In this document: in pieces, positions 25,890 through 33,578 of the stretch
Position numbering within the stretch: the stretch's first letter is position 1
How the letters are laid out: each line of letters opens with the position of its first letter
Origin: Acetivibrionales bacterium
GTDB lineage: Bacteria; Bacillota; Clostridia; Acetivibrionales; RGIG10202
Length of the DNA: 50,861 nucleotides
Assembly: GCA_045118635.1 (NCBI GenBank)
Contig: JBGUYI010000079.1
Span: 1 to 50,861 of the forward strand
Direction of reading: 5' to 3'
Program-made: the position numbers and the translations under genes
Notes under the pieces: generated by a model
The model's input: the letters and a program-made list of their open reading frames with translations, nothing else
Databases searched by the model: none
What the model was told of the DNA's origin: nothing

Positions 25890-26840
25890 CTATTCTTGTT
25901 GTTGATTTACATTTTCTTGTGCAGTATTCTTCATAAACTCATCACGAACTTTTTCTAAATTTTTTTTATCATCCTCTAACAAAATTAATTTTTTCTTCAA
26001 CATATCTATCGTCTCTTGTAATTTCTCTAAATTTGAATTTATATCATCATTTATTTCTTGTAATTCTCCAATACTTATTATACTGTCATCAGTAATTTTA
26101 ATATCAAAATCAGAGCTTGTTTTAAATTCAAATTTTTCATTGTTTAAATCAGAAACATCTTCTAAACTTGCATTAAATAATCTTGATGAAGTATTTCTCA
26201 ATTGGACTTTAGATAAAATTCTCTTTTTCTCTGGCTCTATTTGTATAAAAACTTTTTCACAATCATTTAATAATCCATCTGAATCTAGTCCTTTATAAAT
26301 ATTACTAGCAGTTCCATAGTCATTTAAAAGAAGATCTACATTTTTTAAATCTTCTTCTAATGTATTTTTTGCTTCTTCTGATTTTACTATTTGTTTATTT
26401 ATCAATCCTGTTTGTTCTTCGCAAATACCTTCTATCCCAATAAAATATTGAGATGTATAAATTTCATCATTAGAATTTGGTAAATGATGTAGCTTAAAAG
26501 CAATTACCGGTATTAATATTTCTAATGGCAATCTATTTATACCTCTTTGTCCCTCATAAGAATTTTCAACCAGCATGCTAGCTTTAACAGTATTTATTAT
26601 AGCTAAAAAACCCTTTCTTAAAGTCTTCATATCTTTAGTTTCTCCAACGTCATCTGTTGGTGTATATTCTCCTATTAAGTCTCTCGCCTTATTTCTCACT
26701 TCATTTATTTTTTTATATAACTCTATTATATCATCTTTATTACTCTCATCAGTTTTCATCAGTTTTTGCATGTTTTCTAAATATGCATTCATTTCATCAT
26801 ATTTTTCTATTAGTTTGTCTATAACTTCTTTATTATCCAT
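25890..26840 (-). CDS. Hypothetical protein (316 aa) with coiled-coil ends
   Basis: AGGGAGG serves as the RBS. I recognise no motif in it. Confidence 0.7.
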   Translation of the reverse strand: MDNKEVIDKLIEKYDEMNAYLENMQKLMKTDESNKDDIIELYKKINEVRNKARDLIGEYTPTDDVGETKDMKTLRKGFLAIINTVKASMLVENSYEGQRGINRLPLEILIPVIAFKLHHLPNSNDEIYTSQYFIGIEGICEEQTGLINKQIVKSEEAKNTLEEDLKNVDLLLNDYGTASNIYKGLDSDGLLNDCEKVFIQIEPEKKRILSKVQLRNTSSRLFNASLEDVSDLNNEKFEFKTSSDFDIKITDDSIISIGELQEINDDINSNLEKLQETIDMLKKKLILLEDDKKNLEKVRDEFMKNTAQENVNQQQE

Positions 26841-26907
26841 TATACATTACCTCCCTTATTGTATAAAAAATAATCCTACTTTAATTATTCGACATTTAAA
26901 AGAAAAA

Positions 26908-26966
26908 ATCCTCTTATATTTTTAGCTTATCCCTAAAAAATAAGGATAAGCTAAAAATATAAGGAT
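26908..26966 (-). terminator. Unusually long hairpin (about 23 bp) serving as a terminator downstream of the patatin-like gene
   Basis: The arms atcctCTtatatttttagcttatcc and ggataagctaaaaatataaggat pair with a 2-nt bulge and an 11-nt loop. A T-run follows on the minus strand. Confidence 0.7.
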
Positions 26967-27079
26967 TATAATATGAGGAAAATCTATATCAAGACTTGCT
27001 TGATAGCTTTATCTGTGGTAACGAATCTTTACTGGGTTGCAATATATTTCATCCACTACATATGACTGATGTGGAAAAT

Positions 27080-27925
27080 TTATCTTTTATCTAAGTACAA
27101 TTTTAAATCACTCAATCCATTTTTAGCATCTAAAACTCCCAAATTATATATATCTTCTATTTTTTTGATATCTTTTTCTAATCGTTTTACTTTTGTATCT
27201 CTAGTTGGCCTTATAACAAAAATATCCTTTTTATTTTCTTTTTCAGTAATATAACTAACAACATCATTATATCGTTTATATCTACTTTCAACACTATTTA
27301 TAAAATTAGGATATTTACTATAACACACTTTATATGGTAGCATAAAAGATTTCTTTTTTACATATTCTTTAGGTCTTGTTAAAACAACAACCACCTTATC
27401 ATACCCTAATTCATAAGCTTTCTTTACTGGAATACTATCTGCAATTCCACCATCTAAATACTTTTTCTTGTTAACCTCTACAATCCTAGATACAAGTGGC
27501 ATAGAACCTGACGCTCTCAAATATTCTATATTATTTTCTAAATTATCTATTTTTATGTATTCAGCCTCACCATTCTCTATATTAGTCACAGTTGCATAAA
27601 AATCAATTGGCGAATTTTTAAACTTCAAAAAATCAAATTTGTCTAAATCATAAATCAATTCATTAAAGCAAAATTCTTTATTCATAATATCCCCAGTCGT
27701 TATAAATGAATACAATCCCATATATCGCCTATCATGTAAATATTTTTTGTTATACCTAAAAGCTCTACCTTGTTGATTAGATACATAATTTATTCCAAAC
27801 AATGCTCCAGCAGAAACGCCAATAACAGCATCTAAAACTATGTCATTCTGCATAAAAACATCTAAAACTCCGGCAGTATACATGCCTCTCATTGCGCCAC
27901 CTTCTAAAACCAAAACTGTTTTCAA
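27080..27925 (-). CDS. Patatin-like phospholipase
   Basis: The oxyanion motif GGAMRG and the nucleophile motif GVSAG are present, and DGG lies near the C-terminus. TTG start follows the AGGTGAGGTG RBS. It begins 32 nt after the cdaA stop. Confidence 0.85.
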   Translation of the reverse strand: MKTVLVLEGGAMRGMYTAGVLDVFMQNDIVLDAVIGVSAGALFGINYVSNQQGRAFRYNKKYLHDRRYMGLYSFITTGDIMNKEFCFNELIYDLDKFDFLKFKNSPIDFYATVTNIENGEAEYIKIDNLENNIEYLRASGSMPLVSRIVEVNKKKYLDGGIADSIPVKKAYELGYDKVVVVLTRPKEYVKKKSFMLPYKVCYSKYPNFINSVESRYKRYNDVVSYITEKENKKDIFVIRPTRDTKVKRLEKDIKKIEDIYNLGVLDAKNGLSDLKLYLDKR

Positions 27926-27957
27926 ACAATCACCTCACCTGCTTAAAAATTATATAT

Positions 27958-28839
27958 CTAAAACCTAGACATCTTATTATTATGTCTTAGTGAATTCACT
28001 ATTGAATGCTTCTCTTTTAAATTTAATTTGTATGAACTAGTTTCTATAATAGTTTTAACCAAATACTCTTTTAATGTTTCAACAGATACGTTATAATACA
28101 TCTCTCCATTAATATAAAATGAAATCTTAGATGTTTCTTCCGAAACTGTTATTGCTAAACAATCTGAAATCTCTGTAATACCTATTGCTGCTCTATGCCT
28201 GGTACCAAATCTCTTGCTAATATTTTTATTATCTGTTAATCCAAGGAAACAAGCAGCAGCCACTACTCTGACATCCCGTATAATAACCGCCCCATCATGC
28301 AACGGTGTATTGGGTACGAATAAATTTTCTAATAATTCACTAGATACACAAGCATCCAACTTTGTACCAGTATTTATTATCTCTCCAAGCTTAGTTTCTC
28401 TTTCATAAATAATTATAGCACCTGTAGATGTTTTTGATAAATTCGAAACTGCTCTTATTATTTCATCTATCATAAGATTTTTTTTGAGAATTTTATCATT
28501 TGTCTTTGTTCCAAAAAAAACATCCAATTTGCTATTACCTATCTGTTCTAGTGCTCTTCTTAACTCAGGCTGAAATAACACAACAAAAGCAAGTGCTATA
28601 TAAGAAATAGCCGAATTAAGCAAATACGACGTCCCCTTTAAGCCAATAAGATTAGTCAATTTAGCCGCCACAAGTATTATAACAACTCCCTTCAAAAGTT
28701 GCCATGCTCTTGTCTCTCGAACTATGGTTATGATTTTATATACAATATACGATACTATACAGCAATCCAACACAAAAGATATAACATCCCACGTGCTGTC
28801 TAAATTTATTACAACTAGCTTTCGTATAAAATCTATCAT
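27958..28839 (-). CDS. cdaA: Diadenylate cyclase CdaA (three TM helices plus a DAC domain)
   Basis: The diagnostic motifs are TRAWQLLKG, FQPELRRALEQIG, PLHDGAVII, GTRHRAAIG and VSEETSKIS. Confidence 0.9.
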   Translation of the reverse strand: MIDFIRKLVVINLDSTWDVISFVLDCCIVSYIVYKIITIVRETRAWQLLKGVVIILVAAKLTNLIGLKGTSYLLNSAISYIALAFVVLFQPELRRALEQIGNSKLDVFFGTKTNDKILKKNLMIDEIIRAVSNLSKTSTGAIIIYERETKLGEIINTGTKLDACVSSELLENLFVPNTPLHDGAVIIRDVRVVAAACFLGLTDNKNISKRFGTRHRAAIGITEISDCLAITVSEETSKISFYINGEMYYNVSVETLKEYLVKTIIETSSYKLNLKEKHSIVNSLRHNNKMSRF

Positions 28840-28876
28840 AACATAACCTCACCTACCCTCAATCCTCATCCATTTC

Positions 28877-28978
28877 TTAAAAACGGAAAAACACAATTCC
28901 TGTTATTCCTATAGATGATAATAAAAATATAACAGCCATAACAAGAGTAATCCATCTTATTGTTGTTTTACTAAACAT
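28877..28978 (-). CDS. Candidate 33-aa single-TM micropeptide upstream of cdaA
   Basis: It is absent from the ORF track. GGAGGT lies 8 nt upstream of the ATG. The product is MFSKTTIRWITLVMAVIFLLSSIGITGIVFFRF. Confidence 0.4.
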   Translation of the reverse strand: MFSKTTIRWITLVMAVIFLLSSIGITGIVFFRF

Positions 28979-29244
28979 ATTATATTACCTCCATATAAAA
29001 AATTTTTATACAACCCTTCAATTTGAATTTTACCACAATTTATCACTGTTTACAACAATTGATTTTGCAAAAAACTCACATATTTGTTATCGGATTTTTT
29101 AAAAAAATAATTAAGTGGATTTAAAAAAAATGTCGATATACAAAGATGAGATTAAAAAAAAGAAAAGTCAATGTCTGTAAGATATCTACTAATCTTGTGA
29201 GGGTATTAATTTCCGACTTTAACAAATTAAGAAAGGGTGATTTT

Positions 29245-29721
29245 ATGAAAAGTGATGATGATATTTATGATAATCCTTGGGAAAATAGTAATAGTACAGA
29301 TTGGGAGTTTAAAAAAACACCTGTTTCCTCTGATATAACAAAGAAACCTTTAGTTATTGAGCAAGAAATGTTCCCTGATTATGCTCGTGATGAATTTAAA
29401 AAAATTTTTAGTAATGTAGCTGATTCTGTCCAAAAAGATCCTAATTTTAGTGACAAAATGGTAGATGATACTGCAAATCATATTGCTAATATTAGCCGTG
29501 ATAATATAAAATCCGAGCAAAATGTGAATGAACTGGCAAGTAAACTAACAGAAACAACTAATACCATACTTCTTGATTTAGAAAATAATAAAAATGTTGA
29601 TAAAACAACATTGCAAAAAATTAAAGACGTATTCACAAAAATAATTAACCAAATAACCAATATATTACGAAAAACTTTACCTAAAGACAAATCTCATTCA
29701 GGACCAAGTATGTCATTATAA
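29245..29721 (+). CDS. Hypothetical acidic protein (158 aa)
   Basis: AAGGGTG lies 5 nt upstream of ATG 29245. The longer ORF-track start lacks an RBS. Confidence 0.6.
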   Translation: MKSDDDIYDNPWENSNSTDWEFKKTPVSSDITKKPLVIEQEMFPDYARDEFKKIFSNVADSVQKDPNFSDKMVDDTANHIANISRDNIKSEQNVNELASKLTETTNTILLDLENNKNVDKTTLQKIKDVFTKIINQITNILRKTLPKDKSHSGPSMSL

Positions 29722-29766
29722 CGTAGGTGTGGTATAATAAAGGTAAAATATTGAAAGGATTTTTTT

Positions 29767-30981
29767 ATGCTTATACCAAATGAAGTTATACATATAATAA
29801 ACACCTTAAATTACAACGGTTATGAAGCCTTTATTGTTGGCGGCTGTACTAGAGATTTAATATTAAACAAGGTTCCAAAAGATTGGGATATTACTACATC
29901 AGCAAATCCAGATACTATAATTAGTCTTTTTGATAAAACTATACCAACCGGAATAAAACACGGTACTATAACTGTTATCTTAAATAATAAATCTTTTGAA
30001 GTTACAACATATAGATGTAATGAAAGATACACTAATCACAGAAAACCTGATAGTGTATCTTTTTCAAGTTCTTTAAAAGAAGACCTAACAAGAAGAGACT
30101 TTACAATGAATGCTATCGCTTATAGTGAAAAAACTGGTTTTGTAGATTTATTTGATGGCATTTCTGATATTCAAAATAAAATCATTAAATGTATCGGAAA
30201 TTCTGATGAAAGATTTTGTGAAGATGCTCTAAGAATGCTAAGAGCAATAAGATTTTCTAGCACATTAGGTTTTTCTATAGAAGAAAAAACTTTTTGTAGT
30301 ATATGTAAAAACTCTGCACTAATTAACTCAATTAGCGGCGAAAGAATATCCCAAGAACTTCAAAAAATAATTATGGGAGAATACTCCGACCAATTTATTT
30401 TATTATATGAAACGCAACTTTTACAAAATTTATTCCCTTTTGTAAAAAATCACAAAGATATTATAATAGATGCATTGAAAAAAATGTCAGCTTCTGATTA
30501 TGACCTTGAGTTAAGATTGTGTATATTAATTTGTTTTGTTATTCATAAACTACAATCTAAACAATATTTAGAACAAATTTTTGACAGATTAAAATTTAGC
30601 AAAAAAATAAAAAAATTGGTTTGTACTATGTATCAATATTATGATTATAACTTCAGTGACTATAACTTAGATACAAAAATTTTGTTAAATAAAATAGGCA
30701 AACAAAATTTTATAAAATTGCTAGAATTTTATAAACACGTTAACTCCCGTGAAATCTATGATAAAATTCTTAATGTATATAATGACATAACAAAAAACAA
30801 TCATCCAATATTTATATCAGATTTAAAAATTAGTGGAAATAACCTTATCAATATAGGTATTAAAAACATTGAAGTTGGAAATACATTAAAGTATCTTTTA
30901 AATCATTGCTTTAAATATCCAAATGATAATAAAAAGGAAATTCTTATTAAGATGGCTAAAGAATACCAAGCACAGCGATAA
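29767..30981 (+). CDS. cca: CCA-adding tRNA nucleotidyltransferase
   Basis: The head domain of the PolyA_pol family is present, with GGCTRDLILNKVPKDWDITT and RRDFTMNA. Confidence 0.88.
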   Translation: MLIPNEVIHIINTLNYNGYEAFIVGGCTRDLILNKVPKDWDITTSANPDTIISLFDKTIPTGIKHGTITVILNNKSFEVTTYRCNERYTNHRKPDSVSFSSSLKEDLTRRDFTMNAIAYSEKTGFVDLFDGISDIQNKIIKCIGNSDERFCEDALRMLRAIRFSSTLGFSIEEKTFCSICKNSALINSISGERISQELQKIIMGEYSDQFILLYETQLLQNLFPFVKNHKDIIIDALKKMSASDYDLELRLCILICFVIHKLQSKQYLEQIFDRLKFSKKIKKLVCTMYQYYDYNFSDYNLDTKILLNKIGKQNFIKLLEFYKHVNSREIYDKILNVYNDITKNNHPIFISDLKISGNNLINIGIKNIEVGNTLKYLLNHCFKYPNDNKKEILIKMAKEYQAQR

Positions 30982-31000
30982 TTTTTATCGTGTTTTATCA

Positions 31001-31027
31001 AATTGCGACAACAGTGTTGTCGCAATT
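31001..31027. repeat. Palindrome P1, aattgcgacaac-agt-gttgtcgcaatt
   Basis: The arms are a perfect 12 bp. The same core recurs at 32541-32573 and 33553-33577. The right flank aaattttatgtRttt is shared with P2. Confidence 0.9.
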
Positions 31028-31305
31028 CAAATTTTATGTGTTTTCCTTATTTAATTCTAAATTTTTTTTCTTCCTCTACTGCATCTATTAATTCCTGTTC
31101 TGTTGGCAAATGTAACTTATACGTAGCCGCAGATATACTTTTATTATTCTAAATTAACTAAAATTATATATGTAGCGTTTACGAATATTGTGCAAAATAG
31201 CATAGTGACACTTTGTTTATATATAATATAATTTACTTAAAGCACAGGTAAGAGAAATATATTTGAAAAAAGTAGGGCTTGTGTACAAGTAGGAGGTTTG
31301 ATGTT

Positions 31306-32460
31306 ATGAAAAAAGGATTTTTGAGAATTTTGTGTTTTGCAATGCTGTTGTTTTCTGGATTGCAAACAGTAGGTTTTTGCGAACAAGCGAGTGTTCAACA
31401 AACTAGTATAGTGAAAAAGGATGAAACAAAAGACCGTGAACTTTTTGACGCTATAAGGAATAATGATTTAGAAAAAGTAAAAGAGCTAATAAAAGATGGT
31501 GCCAACGTTAACGCTAGAGAGGTTTTCGAATGGACTCCTTTGCATTGGGCACAGAATGTGGAGATTGCAAAATTATTAATAGAAAATGGTGCCAATGTTA
31601 ATGCTAGAACTTATTATGGATGGACTCCATTGCATTTTGTGGCATGGAATGATTATGTGAGAAATGCAGACATTGCAAGATTATTAATAGAAAATGGTGC
31701 AAATGTTAATGCTAAAGGTGATTACGGATATACTCCTTTACATTATGTAAAAAATGCAGACATTGCAAGATTATTAATAGAAAATGGTGCAAATGTTAAT
31801 GCTAAAGGTGATTACGGATATACTCCATTGCATTCTTTGGTGGAGAATGTGGAGATTGCAAGATTATTAGTAGAGAATGGCGCCGATGTTAATGCTAAAA
31901 CTAGTGGTGGATGTACTCCTTTGCATTATCCATGGAATGATGTGGAGATAGTAAGATTATTAATAGAAAATGGTGCTGATGTTAATGCTAAAGCTGATGA
32001 TGGAATGACTCCATTGCATTGGGTGGAGAATGTGGAGATTGCAAGATTATTAGTAGAGGATGGCGCCGATGTTAATGCTAAAACTAGTGATGGATGTACT
32101 CCTTTGCAGTATGCATGGAATGATGTGGAGATTGCAAGATTATTAATAGAAAATGGTGCCGATGTTAATGCACACAATCTTATAGACATGACTCCATTGC
32201 ATTATGTGGGAAATGCAGAAGTAGCAAAAGTATTAATAGAAAATGGTGCCGATGTTAATGCTAAAAGTAGTGATGGAATGACTCCTTTGCACTGGGCAAG
32301 TTTTGGTGAAAAAGTAGACATTGCAAGATCATTAATAGAAAATGGTGCTGATATTAATGCAAAAGATAACAAAGGAAGAACTCCACTTGATATAGCTCGT
32401 GAACGCGGTGATAAGGATATAATAGAATTGTTAAACAATGAACTATCAGAAAAAGATTAA
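31306..32460 (+). CDS. Secreted ankyrin-repeat protein with a signal peptide
   Basis: AGGAGG lies 9 nt upstream of ATG 31306. The N-terminus MKKGFLRILCFAMLLFSGLQTVGFC is followed by about 10 short ankyrin units (IARLLIENGANVNAK..TPLH). Positions 31662-31736 are identical to 31752-31826. Confidence 0.88.
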   Translation: MKKGFLRILCFAMLLFSGLQTVGFCEQASVQQTSIVKKDETKDRELFDAIRNNDLEKVKELIKDGANVNAREVFEWTPLHWAQNVEIAKLLIENGANVNARTYYGWTPLHFVAWNDYVRNADIARLLIENGANVNAKGDYGYTPLHYVKNADIARLLIENGANVNAKGDYGYTPLHSLVENVEIARLLVENGADVNAKTSGGCTPLHYPWNDVEIVRLLIENGADVNAKADDGMTPLHWVENVEIARLLVEDGADVNAKTSDGCTPLQYAWNDVEIARLLIENGADVNAHNLIDMTPLHYVGNAEVAKVLIENGADVNAKSSDGMTPLHWASFGEKVDIARSLIENGADINAKDNKGRTPLDIARERGDKDIIELLNNELSEKD

Positions 32461-32544
32461 CTTTTTAAAGTAGTAGAAAATAATGATTTGGATAATATCA
32501 AAATTCTGAGTTGGATAATATCTGAAATATTGACTTTACGTTAA
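32461..32544 (+). pseudogene. Fragment resembling the N-terminus of an ankyrin gene, cut off at palindrome P2
   Basis: Read in frame after the stop codon, it gives LFKVVENNDLDNIKILS. This parallels LFDAIRNNDLEKVKELI near the start of the adjacent ankyrin protein. Confidence 0.4.
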
Positions 32545-32573
32545 ATTGCGACAACACTGTTGTCGCAATTTAA
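32541..32573. repeat. Palindrome P2, ttaaattgcgacaac-act-gttgtcgcaatttaa
   Basis: The arms are a perfect 15 bp. Confidence 0.9.
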
Positions 32574-32576
32574 ATT

Positions 32577-33182
32577 TTATGTATTTCTTAATGTTAAACC
32601 ATAAATATAACATGAATCTCCGCACAAGTCTGTCATATCATCCCAAAAAATACGACCTTTAGAATGTTTTACTTTTTTAAACTCGTCTATATTTTCTAAT
32701 CTTTTAAAACATTTTATCTTCATAAAAGGTTTTACATCATAAAGCTTTTTTACGCCATTACTATATAAAATAGTCAATGTATAATCGTTATTGGCTACAA
32801 CATTTATTACATCTTTACTATTTGTTTCAAAATACTCGGTAACTTCTGGAGGTTCTTTGTACAAATCATCATTTCTTAATGTTAAACCATAAATATAACA
32901 TGAGTCTCCACACAAGTCTGTCATATCATCCCAAAAAATACGACCTTTAGAATATTTTACCTTTTTAAATTCCTCTATTTTTTCAAGATGATTAAAAAAT
33001 TTATTACTTTTTATGAATGGCTTTATGTCATACATTTTTTTTACTCCGTTATCATAACTTATAGTTATTGTATAATCACTATTAGCGACAACACCTATAA
33101 CCTCCTTACCACCAACTGTAAAATACTCTGCAACTTCTGGAGGATATCCATTTTTTAAATAATATTGTAAATCTCTTTCCAT
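32577..33182 (-). CDS. Tandem double DUF2442-like protein (201 aa)
   Basis: Two 96-codon units are fused in frame. Positions 32583-32670 match 32871-32958 with 3 mismatches. Each unit has the pattern V..VVAN.DYTLTI.Y.NG..K.YD.KPF....F..L....F..V......IFWDD..DLCGD. GGAGG serves as the RBS. Confidence 0.7.
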   Translation of the reverse strand: MERDLQYYLKNGYPPEVAEYFTVGGKEVIGVVANSDYTITISYDNGVKKMYDIKPFIKSNKFFNHLEKIEEFKKVKYSKGRIFWDDMTDLCGDSCYIYGLTLRNDDLYKEPPEVTEYFETNSKDVINVVANNDYTLTILYSNGVKKLYDVKPFMKIKCFKRLENIDEFKKVKHSKGRIFWDDMTDLCGDSCYIYGLTLRNT

Positions 33183-33213
33183 TCTTATACCTCCAAATCT
33201 ATAAGAGACATTT

Positions 33214-33474
33214 TTACCTCAATGGCTCTATCATAAATGTATTTTCACCTTTGCTTGCCAATTCCCAATTTTCCATTAATTCATCTTTGTGTAACTCACA
33301 CCACGCAAGCACTAATCTTAGTTGTTTTTTTGGTAAACTTCCTTTATCTAATTCTATTTCATTTAATTTTATTGTAGCTTTATGTTCTCCATATTCTACG
33401 TGTATATGAGGTTCTGCGTGATCTCCCCAATTTATAAAAATTTTAATCCCTCTGAAAAATCCTATAGTAGGCAT
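33214..33474 (-). CDS. DUF4160-family protein (86 aa)
   Basis: The N-terminus MPTIGFFRGIKIFINWGDHAEPHIHVEYGEHKA and the motif LP.KQLRLVLAWCELHKDELMENW match the family pattern. AAGGAGAG serves as the RBS. Confidence 0.78.
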   Translation of the reverse strand: MPTIGFFRGIKIFINWGDHAEPHIHVEYGEHKATIKLNEIELDKGSLPKKQLRLVLAWCELHKDELMENWELASKGENTFMIEPLR

Positions 33475-33552
33475 TACTTAACACTCTCCTTAACTTTTAT
33501 TACATTAATTGTATCATAAAGAACAAAATTTTATAAGTACTTCTTTTTTTAA

Positions 33553-33577
33553 ATTGCGACAACACTGTTGTCGCAAT
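33553..33577. repeat. Palindrome P3, attgcgacaac-act-gttgtcgcaat
   Basis: The arms are a perfect 11 bp. It lies 1 nt beyond the nadE stop codon. Confidence 0.9.
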
Positions 33578-33578
33578 C

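Noticed and set aside
27080-28839. A nucleotide cyclase next to a patatin-like lipase as a CBASS-like defence pair.
   Set aside because: The cyclase is a canonical three-TM CdaA with all DAC housekeeping motifs, not a CD-NTase. The patatin protein has no obvious nucleotide-sensing extension. It is retained only as an unusual operon context.
31001-33577. The three palindromes as integron attC sites delimiting cassettes.
   Set aside because: The arms are perfect, only 11-15 bp long and separated by a 3-nt loop. They have no extrahelical bases and no RYYYAAC/GTTRRRY cores. No integrase or attI is present in the window. The cassette-like layout is kept as a finding, but not the integron label.
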